64,000 nt of DNA from the NCBI GenBank assembly GCA_016199835.1, contig JACQFX010000017.1:18577-82576 (forward strand), in the 5' to 3' direction. The notes beneath the pieces are model-generated. The model did not search any database, was not told the origin of the DNA, and was given only the letters and a program-made list of their open reading frames with translations. The stretch comes from Nitrosomonadales bacterium. Lineage in GTDB: Bacteria; Pseudomonadota; Gammaproteobacteria; Burkholderiales; Gallionellaceae. A program made the translations under genes and the position numbers. Below, in pieces: positions 55,695-64,000 of the stretch. Each line of letters opens with the position of its first letter. Position 1 is the stretch's first letter.

Positions 55695-56159
55695 TTATTT
55701 TGCCGACAGGCTTTCTGTCCACTCATACAACTGATAATCGCGCCGGATGAGTTCCTGCATAAAGAATGAAAAGTCGTCCGCCATACGACTGACGATACGT
55801 CCGGGATTGCGGATGTGATAAATATTGCCACGTTCAGGATCGAATGCATAACGGTTGCCGACAGCGTCCCCCGCAAAAACGACACATCCGGCCAGCGGTT
55901 TCCAGTCTATGACAAAAATAAAGTCGCGGCGGAATTGCAACTTCCCATCCACATCGCCATATCCCGCCAGGCGCAGCCACCTGGAAAATCCGACGGCAAA
56001 TCTAACGTTCAATTCCTGCGCCAACCGGTACAGCTCGGCTTCGGTAATAGGAGGGGCAAAGAATTTATATACGGGTCGGCTCATGAACAGCCGCTTGCGT
56101 TTTGCGGTCAGGATAACCTTCGCTATTTCATCCATATTTTGGGCGAGCATCAATTCCAT
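55695..56159 (-). CDS. SMI1/KNR4 (SUKH-1) family protein
   Basis: 154 aa. The pattern ...PITEAELYRLAQELNVRFAVGFSRWLRLAGYG...VFAGDAVGNRYAFD... matches the SUKH fold signature as I recall it. Confidence 0.6.
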   Translation of the reverse strand: MELMLAQNMDEIAKVILTAKRKRLFMSRPVYKFFAPPITEAELYRLAQELNVRFAVGFSRWLRLAGYGDVDGKLQFRRDFIFVIDWKPLAGCVVFAGDAVGNRYAFDPERGNIYHIRNPGRIVSRMADDFSFFMQELIRRDYQLYEWTESLSAK

Positions 56160-56164
56160 TCGGG

Positions 56165-56488
56165 TTAAACTTTTATGTCGATGTGAATCGGCCTGTCATC
56201 TTCCCGTTGCGTACCATGGCGCCGATCCTTGCCTGAGCGGAGCTCGAACAGGATAGGATCCTGCCGGATACGACGGACACATTTCCGGCGCTCCGTATCG
56301 ATGGTTCCGGCATATCTCCGTTCTTTTTCACGAACCTCATCCGGAACTGATTCGGGTTGCCGATGTGGCCGCTCAACTTCCTGTGGCGGCAGGATGCGCT
56401 CCCGCGCAGGCTCGACGCCGGACAGCGCTCTAGTGCCCCTGCGCTGCTGCGGCGCGGAAATGGATGGAAGGCTGGACACGTATTTCAT
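56165..56488 (-). CDS. Hypothetical Arg/Glu-rich small protein
   Basis: 107-aa ORF ending 6 nt upstream of the SUKH gene. Highly charged and predicted disordered. Contains RSGKDRR-type motifs. Confidence 0.4.
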   Translation of the reverse strand: MKYVSSLPSISAPQQRRGTRALSGVEPARERILPPQEVERPHRQPESVPDEVREKERRYAGTIDTERRKCVRRIRQDPILFELRSGKDRRHGTQREDDRPIHIDIKV

Positions 56489-56634
56489 GATTCGTCCTTT
56501 GCAAAAAGGCTGTCACATCCTTTATCGCCATTTTTACCCCCAACTTTAGCCAGCCGCGCATGGCGGGACTGTAGCTATTGTCTGTACCAGCGTCAATGGT
56601 GTACAAAGCCCGCTCATCATCCCTGACGTTCGCC

Positions 56635-57948
56635 ATGCCCAACACCGACCTGCTCGCCCGTTCTCATGCCGCCGTATGGCATCCTTGCACGCAGATGAAG
56701 CGGCATGAGACTTTGCCGCTGGTGCCCATACAGCGTGGGCAAGGCGCGTGGTTGTATGATTTCGACGGCAACCGTTATCTGGATGCAGTGAGTTCCTGGT
56801 GGGTTAATCTGTTCGGGCACTGCAATCCGCGCATCAACGCGGCTATCACCGACCAGCTCGGCAAGCTGGAACACGTGATGCTGGCTGGATTCACGCATGA
56901 GCCGGCAGTCCGGCTTTCCGAACGACTCGCGCAGATCGCGCCCGCCGGGCTGGGGCATTGTTTCTACGCTTCGGACGGCGCATCGGCTACCGAGATCGCA
57001 CTGAAGATGAGCGCCCACTACTGGCGCAACTCGGGGCATGCGGACAAGACGCAATTCATCAGCCTGCAAAACAGCTACCACGGCGAAACGCTGGGCGCCT
57101 TGTCGGTCACCGATGTGGCCTTGTTCAAAGATGCTTATGGCGCACTGGTCAAACAGAATGCCACGGTGCCCAGCCCGGACTGGCGCAATGCTGAAGCAGG
57201 CGAGCGCGCGGAAGATTTTGCGTTGCGTTGCGCTGCACAACTCGAAGCACATTTACAGCAACACCACGAACACATCGCCGCCTTCATCGTGGAACCGCTG
57301 GTGCAGGGTGCGGCGGGCATGGCGATGCACCATCCCATTTATCTGCGGCGCGCGCGCAAACTGTGCGACGAATACAAAGTGCATCTCATCGCCGACGAGA
57401 TCGCGGTAGGCATGGGCAGGACCGGAACCATGTTCGCGTGCGAGCAGGCCGCCATCACGCCCGACTTCCTGTTGCTGTCCAAAGGCATCACCGGCGGTTA
57501 TCTGCCGCTGTCGGTGGTGATGACCACCGACAATATCTACCAGGCATTCTATGCCGACGAAGTGGCGCGCGGCTTCCTGCATTCGCACTCCTATACCGGC
57601 AATCCGCTGGCCTGCCGCGCGGCGCTCGCCACGCTGGACATCTTCGCGCAGGACAATGCGTTGCACACCAATCGCGCCAAGGCCGCATACTTTAACGGCA
57701 TTGCCGAACCGTTGCGCGCGCATCCTGCCGTGCGCAACTGGCGCAATACCGGCATGATTTGGGCATTCGAGATAGAGCATACGCACGCTGATTTTGCCCA
57801 ACGCTGTTTTGCCCTCGGACTGCAAAACGAGCTGCTGCTGCGTCCCATGGGCAACACGGTATATTTCATGCCGCCTTACATCATCGGCGAAGCAGAGATG
57901 CAATTGCTGGCGGAGCGCACATTGAAGATCGTGGAGATGCTCGCATGA
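56635..57948 (+). CDS. bioA: Adenosylmethionine-8-amino-7-oxononanoate aminotransferase
   Basis: The ATG at 56635 gives 437 aa with VWHPCTQMK, SWWVNLFGH, DEIAVGMGRTG and LSKGITGGYLPL (PLP Lys). Confidence 0.92.
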   Translation: MPNTDLLARSHAAVWHPCTQMKRHETLPLVPIQRGQGAWLYDFDGNRYLDAVSSWWVNLFGHCNPRINAAITDQLGKLEHVMLAGFTHEPAVRLSERLAQIAPAGLGHCFYASDGASATEIALKMSAHYWRNSGHADKTQFISLQNSYHGETLGALSVTDVALFKDAYGALVKQNATVPSPDWRNAEAGERAEDFALRCAAQLEAHLQQHHEHIAAFIVEPLVQGAAGMAMHHPIYLRRARKLCDEYKVHLIADEIAVGMGRTGTMFACEQAAITPDFLLLSKGITGGYLPLSVVMTTDNIYQAFYADEVARGFLHSHSYTGNPLACRAALATLDIFAQDNALHTNRAKAAYFNGIAEPLRAHPAVRNWRNTGMIWAFEIEHTHADFAQRCFALGLQNELLLRPMGNTVYFMPPYIIGEAEMQLLAERTLKIVEMLA

Positions 57949-59360
57949 GAACATTACTCGGGCTGCTGTTTATTTGTCTGACGGGTAACACGCTTGCCGC
58001 CGCCTTGCCGCCCGCCGTGCGCGATGCCTTGCAGCGGGCACATATCCCGCTGTCTGGAGTCGGCATCGAAGTGCGCGAGCTGAGTGCGCGTAAACCGCTC
58101 ATCAGCATCAACGCACAACAAGCGATGAACCCCGCCTCGACCATGAAGCTGCTCACCACCTGCGCCGCGCTTGACCTGCTCGGCCCCGCCTACACCTGGA
58201 AGACCGAGGCATATCTGGATGGCGAATTGCAGGATGGGGTGCTGAACGGCAACCTGATCCTTAAAGGTTACGGTGACCCGAAATTCACCATCGAGCAATT
58301 CTGGCTATGGTTGAGCGAATTGCGCGCGCGCGGCCTGCGCGAGATACGCGGCGACCTGGTGCTGGATCGCAGCTATTTTGAATTGCCCGCCTACGACCCC
58401 GGCGCATTCGACAAAGACCCGATGCGCGCCTACAACGTCGGTCCGGATGCACTGCTGCTCAACTTCAACACGCTGCGCCTGCGCTATTTGCCGGAAGGCA
58501 ACACGCTGCGGATCATCAGCGAACCCTCGCTGGAGAACGTTAAACTGGACAATCGCATCACGCCACATCCGACGAAAGATGATTGCGACAACTGGGACGA
58601 TGGCATTCATGTGCAGCCCGGCGGCGACAGCGTCATCCTGCAAGGCGATTACCCGAGCGGCTGCGGTGAACGCGAACAGAACCTCAGCGTGATGCCGCAT
58701 CCGCGCTATGTCGAAGCCGTGTTCCGCGCGCTGTGGCAGGAACTCGGCGGTACGCTGGACGGGAAGTTGCACGAAGGTGTTGCAGGCAACAGCGCGCGCC
58801 TCTTTTCCACCCATCGCTCCGAACCGCTGGGCATCGTCATCCGCGACATTAACAAATTCAGCAACAACGTTATGGCGCGCCAATTGTTCCTGACCCTGGG
58901 CGCGCCCGTTCCGGCAGCTTCAGTGGAAATGCAGAAGCCGGTGACCAGCCTCGCACGCAGCTCCCAGGCCGTCAGCGACTGGCTACAAGGGCAGAATCTC
59001 GACTTCCCCGAACTGGTGCTGGAGAATGGCGCAGGCCTGTCCCGCACCGAACGCATCAGCCCGCACAGTATGGCGCTGCTGCTGCAACATGCTTCCGACC
59101 ACCCGCTCAGCGCCGAACTGCAAGCCTCGCTGCCTATCCTCGGCGTAGACGGCACGGTAAAAAAGCGCCTCAAGGAAACCCCTGCCGCCAGCCACGCCCA
59201 CCTCAAGACCGGCACGCTGGAAGGCGTAAAGACGGTTGCGGGCTACGTGCGTTCACGCTCTGGCCGGGAATGGGTGGTAGTGTTCTTCATTGAAGATCCC
59301 GGCGCCAAACGCGGGCAGGCAGCACAGGATGCGCTGATCGAGTGGGTGCAGCAGCGATAA
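57945..59360 (+). CDS. dacB: D-alanyl-D-alanine carboxypeptidase/endopeptidase (PBP4 family)
   Basis: PASTMKL (SxxK), FSNN (SxN) and KTGTL (KTG) motifs. Signal peptide present. Confidence 0.9.
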   Translation: MRTLLGLLFICLTGNTLAAALPPAVRDALQRAHIPLSGVGIEVRELSARKPLISINAQQAMNPASTMKLLTTCAALDLLGPAYTWKTEAYLDGELQDGVLNGNLILKGYGDPKFTIEQFWLWLSELRARGLREIRGDLVLDRSYFELPAYDPGAFDKDPMRAYNVGPDALLLNFNTLRLRYLPEGNTLRIISEPSLENVKLDNRITPHPTKDDCDNWDDGIHVQPGGDSVILQGDYPSGCGEREQNLSVMPHPRYVEAVFRALWQELGGTLDGKLHEGVAGNSARLFSTHRSEPLGIVIRDINKFSNNVMARQLFLTLGAPVPAASVEMQKPVTSLARSSQAVSDWLQGQNLDFPELVLENGAGLSRTERISPHSMALLLQHASDHPLSAELQASLPILGVDGTVKKRLKETPAASHAHLKTGTLEGVKTVAGYVRSRSGREWVVVFFIEDPGAKRGQAAQDALIEWVQQR

Positions 59361-59517
59361 CCGAAATCTGGCGCAGCATTAATTCCTAAAGTTTTTCACA
59401 GCATAGCCGTAAAGTTGGTTATCGCAGGGTCGGGAGTCTGCTGGTTCGCCACAGCTCCAAAGCCAACAACGCAAGCCGGTCAATTCAAAAACAATCTTTA
59501 AAATTAGGATGAGAGAC

Positions 59518-61122
59518 ATGGCCAGGAAAATGTATTTACTGATAGGGATGTTTGCTTTCAGCATCGTGATCGTGATCGCGCTGTCCTGGGTCGGAATGAG
59601 CAAACTCGGCCAACTGCAGAATGAGGGTTTTGCGCGTGGCGAAGATAGCGTACATACCACCGCCGCTGCCGCCATCGGTGCGGAGTTGTATCAAGTTGTC
59701 GCCGACAGCATCATCAACGGCAACTTGGCGGAAAGCGCAAAGGACTGGCAAAAAGGCAAGGAAGCCGCCGCCGTCAAACTGGCAGAAGTCGAGCGTAGTG
59801 TAGATACGGACGAGGAAAAGCGTCTCGCTCTGGCGGCGCACCAGGCCTATGACGACTTTATCAATATTTACGAAAAGGAGATGCTGCCCCTGTTGCATAC
59901 GGAACCCAAAAACCCCGCAGCAATTACTGCAGTTGACGACAAGATTGATGAGGCATCTCTCCGCATCAGCGACAGCCTGGACAAAATTCAGAAGTCCATA
60001 GAAAAGGAATCCAAAGAAGCAGATACCGAATTCGATTCAGTCGCTGGCACAACCATCACCACGCTGCTCGTCATCGGGGGTGCCATACTTATTGCAGCGA
60101 TGCTGTTCGGGCTCGGCATAGCGCGTAATGTTCTGCACCAACTGGGGGGCGACCCCAGGGACGTAGCGCAGGTGGTCAACACCATGGCTTCCGGCAATTT
60201 CTCCATGCACACCGGCCAGGTGCCAGCGGAAGGCAGCCTGCTGGCAAACGCCTATCAGATGCAAGCCAGCCTGCGCGGCATGATCTCCACGGTCAAGGAT
60301 CAGGCCCATCAGGTTGAAGACATGGCAAGCGCTCTGGCCGTGGCCGCCAGACAGATCGCCGAGAACGTTAACCACGAATCGGACTCCGTGAGCAGCATGG
60401 CCTCGGCAATCGAGGAAATGAGCGTATCCACCGCGCACATCAGCGATCAGGGCGGCAATGCCCGGCAGATTGCCGACGCTTCGCGCAACAGCGCCGAAGC
60501 GGGCGCGCAGGTGGTGAATAAAACCGTTTCCGGCCTGTTGTTGACAGCACGGGAAATCGAAACCGCCTCGGGCGAAGTTTCGCGCCTGGGCGAGGACGCC
60601 ACGCGCATTATTGATGTGGTGAAAGTCATCAAGGATATTGCCGACCAGACCAACCTGCTGGCGCTGAATGCGGCAATCGAGGCCGCGCGTGCCGGCGAGC
60701 AGGGACGCGGCTTTGCCGTGGTGGCGGACGAAGTGCGCAAGCTCGCCGAGCGTACCGGAAATGCCACCAACGAAATCAACCAGATGTCCGGCAAGATCAG
60801 CGAAGTGGCGAACCGCGCGCTGACCAGCATGGACAAGGTGGTGGAAACCACGCGCCAGGGCGTGACCGACGCGGAGACCGCGCAAAGCTCCATCTCCGGC
60901 ATTCAGCATAGCTTCAGCGAAGTGGCAAACGTCATCGAAGACATTTCCGCCGCGCTGGCCGAACAGAACGTCGCCTCGAATGACCTGGCAAAAAATACCG
61001 AGCGCGTAGCGCAAATGTCCGAGGAAAATTCCAGTGCGGCGCAAAGTCTGCTGAGTCTTGCGCATGACCTGGAAAACAAGGCGGCGGAAGTTAAAAGCGC
61101 CGTGGGGGCATTCAGGGTTTAG
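59518..61122 (+). CDS. Methyl-accepting chemotaxis protein (4-helix-bundle sensor, HAMP, MA domain)
   Basis: Conserved signalling hairpin [40 protein letters not shown]. The ATG at 59518 has better Shine-Dalgarno spacing than the ATG at 59509. Confidence 0.9.
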   Translation: MARKMYLLIGMFAFSIVIVIALSWVGMSKLGQLQNEGFARGEDSVHTTAAAAIGAELYQVVADSIINGNLAESAKDWQKGKEAAAVKLAEVERSVDTDEEKRLALAAHQAYDDFINIYEKEMLPLLHTEPKNPAAITAVDDKIDEASLRISDSLDKIQKSIEKESKEADTEFDSVAGTTITTLLVIGGAILIAAMLFGLGIARNVLHQLGGDPRDVAQVVNTMASGNFSMHTGQVPAEGSLLANAYQMQASLRGMISTVKDQAHQVEDMASALAVAARQIAENVNHESDSVSSMASAIEEMSVSTAHISDQGGNARQIADASRNSAEAGAQVVNKTVSGLLLTAREIETASGEVSRLGEDATRIIDVVKVIKDIADQTNLLALNAAIEAARAGEQGRGFAVVADEVRKLAERTGNATNEINQMSGKISEVANRALTSMDKVVETTRQGVTDAETAQSSISGIQHSFSEVANVIEDISAALAEQNVASNDLAKNTERVAQMSEENSSAAQSLLSLAHDLENKAAEVKSAVGAFRV

Positions 61123-61288
61123 CCGTAATCCGTCGCGCCCCTTCTGTCATGTAGCGCCGGATAATTCACAGCTTTTTGCCGACCGGTATGTCGCCAGCAT
61201 GCTGCAATTGCAAAAAGTGTGCGATGCAGGTAGCCTGCAATCAGGGTGGCCATCATCCACAGTGTGCCGCCGCCCGCATCCAGCTTGG

Positions 61289-61651
61289 ATGCGAGGTGAC
61301 GCAGTGGACATCAGCACATTTGATTTCGACGAATGGGCAACACTGGCCAAGTCCGCGCCGGACGTATTCGAACTGCGCCGCCGCGAATCTATCGAACACC
61401 TGATCGCCGAGTGCGACAACACTCCCCGCCTGCAATTCCGCATTGATATGGAAAGAGTCCGGTCGCACACCGCGATGAGATCCTGTTTGCGGCTATCTGC
61501 GCTGATGTGGGATTCGTTTCTGGATTGTCGGAGTGCGCTGAACAACCTGGTCTACATGAAACCTGCATTGCTGCCCCCGAGGGGCTCAGGTTATCCCATT
61601 TCGAAAAGGACGAGGATCCGGGCCCCGGCGGCCTGGAGACCAGCCGTGTAA
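61289..61651 (+). CDS. DUF3135 domain protein
   Basis: FDFDEWATLAKSAPDVFELRRRESIEHLI...LQFRIDMER...CLRLSALMWDSF matches DUF3135 as I recall it. The upstream part of the listed ORF overlaps the MCP gene and was discarded. Confidence 0.6.
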   Translation: MRGDAVDISTFDFDEWATLAKSAPDVFELRRRESIEHLIAECDNTPRLQFRIDMERVRSHTAMRSCLRLSALMWDSFLDCRSALNNLVYMKPALLPPRGSGYPISKRTRIRAPAAWRPAV

Positions 61652-61696
61652 GGGATTTAATGTGCAGGGTGCGGCAGTCTTGTAGATTGCTACAGC

Positions 61697-63160
61697 TTAC
61701 AACCCCAACTCAGCCCACATCGCATCCACCTTCGCCTTAACCGCCGCATCCATCGCGATAGGCGTGCCCCATTCGCGCTGCGTCTCGCCCGGCCATTTGT
61801 TGGTGGCATCCAGCCCCATCTTGCCGCCAAGGCCGCTGACGGGTGAAGCGAAATCAAGATAGTCGATGGGCGTATTCTCCACCAGCAGGGTGTCGCGCAC
61901 CGGGTCCATGCGCGTGGTGATCGCCCACATGACTTCTTTCCAGTCGCGCACGTCGATGTCGTCGTCCACCACGATGATGAACTTGGTGTACATGAACTGG
62001 CGCAGGAAACTCCAGATGCCGAACATCACGCGCTTGGCGTGTCCGGCGTATTGCTTTTTGATGCTGACCACCGCCATGCGATATGAACAGCCTTCCGGCG
62101 GCAGATAGAAATCTACGATCTCGGGAAATTGTTTTTGCAGCAGCGGCACGAACACTTCGTTCAGCGCCACGCCCAGCATCGCCGGTTCGTCGGGCGGCTT
62201 GCCGGTGTAGGTGGAGTGATAAATCGGGTCGCGGCGCATGGTGATGCGCTCGATAGTGAACACCGGAAATTTATCCTGCTCGTTGTAGTAGCCGGTGTGG
62301 TCGCCATACGGGCCTTCGAGTGCAGTCTCGCCGGGATGGATCACGCCTTCCAGCACGATCTCGGCGGATGCGGGCACTTGCAGCTCGGGGCCGATGCACT
62401 TCACCAGTTCGGTCTTGCTGCCGCGCAGCAATCCGGCAAACTGGTATTCGGATAGCGAGTCCGGCACTGGCGTCACCGCGCCCAGAATGGTCGCGGGATC
62501 GGCGCCGATCACCACCGCGACCGGGAACGGCTGTCCCGGATTTTTCTCGCAGTAATCGCGGAAATCCAGCGCGCCGCCGCGATGCGCCAGCCAGCGCATA
62601 ATTACTTTGTTGGGTGCAATCACTTGCTGGCGATAAATGCCCAAGTTCTGGCGCGCTTTGTTCGGCCCGCGCGTGACCACCAATCCCCAGGTGATCAGCG
62701 GCGCCACATCGCCGGGCCAGCAATGCTGGATCGGCAGTCTGCTCAAGTCCACATCCTTGCCTTCCCACACCACATCCTGGCACGGCGCGGACGACAGCAC
62801 CTTGGGCGACATGGTCAAAACTTGTTTTAGTATCGGCCATTTGTCCCATGCGTCCTTCAAACCTTTGGGCGGCTCCGGTTCCTTGAGGTAAGCGAGCAGC
62901 TTGCCGACTTCGCGCAACGCGCTGACGCTTTCTTCGCCCATGCCCAATGCCACCCGGCGCGGCGTGCCAAACAGGTTGGCGAGTACGGGCATCGTGTGTC
63001 CCGCAGGATTTTCAAACAGGATCGCCGGGCCTTGCGCGCGCAACACGCGGTCGCAGATTTCGGTCATCTCCAGATGCGGGGAAACGGGCGTGCTGACGCG
63101 CTTGAGCTCGCCGAGTTTTTCCAGTTGAGCGATAAAGTCGCGCAGGTCGTGGTATTTCAT
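61697..63160 (-). CDS. ubiD: 4-hydroxy-3-polyprenylbenzoate decarboxylase
   Basis: [23 protein letters not shown]-terminus and full-length UbiD-like sequence (487 aa). Confidence 0.95.
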   Translation of the reverse strand: MKYHDLRDFIAQLEKLGELKRVSTPVSPHLEMTEICDRVLRAQGPAILFENPAGHTMPVLANLFGTPRRVALGMGEESVSALREVGKLLAYLKEPEPPKGLKDAWDKWPILKQVLTMSPKVLSSAPCQDVVWEGKDVDLSRLPIQHCWPGDVAPLITWGLVVTRGPNKARQNLGIYRQQVIAPNKVIMRWLAHRGGALDFRDYCEKNPGQPFPVAVVIGADPATILGAVTPVPDSLSEYQFAGLLRGSKTELVKCIGPELQVPASAEIVLEGVIHPGETALEGPYGDHTGYYNEQDKFPVFTIERITMRRDPIYHSTYTGKPPDEPAMLGVALNEVFVPLLQKQFPEIVDFYLPPEGCSYRMAVVSIKKQYAGHAKRVMFGIWSFLRQFMYTKFIIVVDDDIDVRDWKEVMWAITTRMDPVRDTLLVENTPIDYLDFASPVSGLGGKMGLDATNKWPGETQREWGTPIAMDAAVKAKVDAMWAELGL

Positions 63161-64000
63161 TTGTAGAAGCTTTGCCTTTCCTCGCCTTCCGGCCGCGTCT
63201 TGAAACGTTTGTGCAGCCAGAAATACTGTTCCGGCATTTCCAGCACGCGCTGTTCGATGAATTCGTTCATGCGCCGAGCGTCGGCAATGTCATCGCCGCT
63301 CGGATAGTTTTCCCACGGTGGGTAGAACTGCAACACGTATCCCATGGCACCCGGCAACATGCGCGTGGTACAGGGCACGACTATGGCGCTGGTCATCTGC
63401 GCGATGCGCGATACGCTGGTCATGGTCGCGGCGGGCACGCCGAAGAAAGGGATGAATGCACCGTCCTTGACGGTCTGATCCTGATCGGGTGGATAGATGA
63501 ACGGCATGTTTTCGCGCAAACCCTTGATGATGGGACGCAGCCCTTCCTGTCTCGAATACAGACGCTGATGGCCGAAGCGGCAGCGCTTCTCCAGAATGAA
63601 ATCGTTGTAGTACAGGTTTTTCTGCCTGGCGTACATGCACACCACATCCACGCGTTGCGATATCCATTGCCCGCCGGTGTCCATCGCCACGAAATGCGGC
63701 GTGAGCAGGATAACGGGTTTGCCCTTCGCGGCATTGAAATATTCTTCGCCTTCGACGCGAATCAGGCTATTGATGCGCGCGGCGCTCGACCACCAGATGA
63801 TGCTGCGCTCGATCAGGCTGCGGCCAAACGCCTGGAAATTCCTGCGCACCAGTCGGGCACGTTCTGCCTCGCCCATCTGCGGAAAACACAGACGCAGATT
63901 GATGGTCGCGACCCTGCGCCGCTCATGCGCCAACACATACATCAGCAGGCCGACTGCATTGCCGATCCACACCAGAATGCGGAATGGCAGGAAATGCAGC
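63157..64000 (-). CDS. lpxL: Lipid A biosynthesis lauroyl/myristoyl acyltransferase (LpxL/HtrB family), 5' end outside window
   Basis: NLRLCFP, LTPHF (HX4D-type region), PPDQD and WLHKRFK motifs. The frame stays open to the window edge. Confidence 0.85.
   Translation of the reverse strand, partial: LHFLPFRILVWIGNAVGLLMYVLAHERRRVATINLRLCFPQMGEAERARLVRRNFQAFGRSLIERSIIWWSSAARINSLIRVEGEEYFNAAKGKPVILLTPHFVAMDTGGQWISQRVDVVCMYARQKNLYYNDFILEKRCRFGHQRLYSRQEGLRPIIKGLRENMPFIYPPDQDQTVKDGAFIPFFGVPAATMTSVSRIAQMTSAIVVPCTTRMLPGAMGYVLQFYPPWENYPSGDDIADARRMNEFIEQRVLEMPEQYFWLHKRFKTRPEGEERQSFYK

Noticed and set aside
61121-61273. 50-codon minus-strand ORF (MMATLIAGYLHRTLFAIAACW...) between the MCP and DUF3135 genes
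   Set aside because: No Shine-Dalgarno sequence and no recognisable motif. It overlaps the MCP stop region and is below any length at which I could support it.
1-64000. Scan for rRNA, tRNA, CRISPR arrays, IS elements, integrases and prophage genes
   Set aside because: I could not recognise any cloverleaf-like or rRNA-like sequence, regularly spaced direct repeats, or transposase/integrase motifs in any intergenic region or ORF. Absence by eye is not proof; tRNAscan-SE, Infernal and ISfinder searches would settle it.

Overview
This 64-kb window looks like a high-GC proteobacterial chromosome segment. Sampled 60-nt lines in core genes are about 62-67% GC. Gene content and order look betaproteobacterial: hemY-hemX-hemD-hemC divergent from ppc, ybiT, T. 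ferrooxidans-type gshA, apbE, a permease-less PTS (EIIA-Man/HPr/EI), metX-metW, ampG, xthA/pyrE, can-purC-purE-fbp, pgeF-rluD/bamD, mlaA, htpX, bioA-dacB, ubiD-lpxL. No rRNA, tRNA, CRISPR array, transposase or integrase was recognised.

Two accessory segments interrupt the core.

(1) About 19.27-28.2 kb, between metW and ampG, holds a type I restriction-modification island (hsdM, frameshifted hsdS, hsdR). It carries cargo genes: a dinD homolog and two class-II Fic/wHTH proteins, one of them translationally coupled to hsdR. An 84-bp duplicated metW 3' end and an hsdM' remnant mark past recombination.

(2) About 32.98-44.8 kb is a lower-GC segment (sampled lines about 42-53% GC). Seven co-directional genes run PAS-GGDEF-EAL, HDOD-GAF, a 114-aa secreted Cys/His/(TP)n protein with a CxxCH motif, a DUF4382 lipoprotein, a TPR plus beta-barrel outer-membrane protein, and a QseBC-like two-component system. 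A GH12 lipoprotein and an ATP-grasp enzyme are divergent from them. The small-protein/DUF4382/OMP/two-component core is my best candidate for an undescribed envelope system.

Other observations: a SAM-II-like pseudoknot leader upstream of metX; GC-rich hairpin-forming in-frame inserts in apbE, hsdM and hsdR; a trpB2 remnant; a SUKH (SMI1/KNR4) two-gene insert; and several palindromic operator candidates.

All calls come from reading the translations and DNA by eye. No database search was run.
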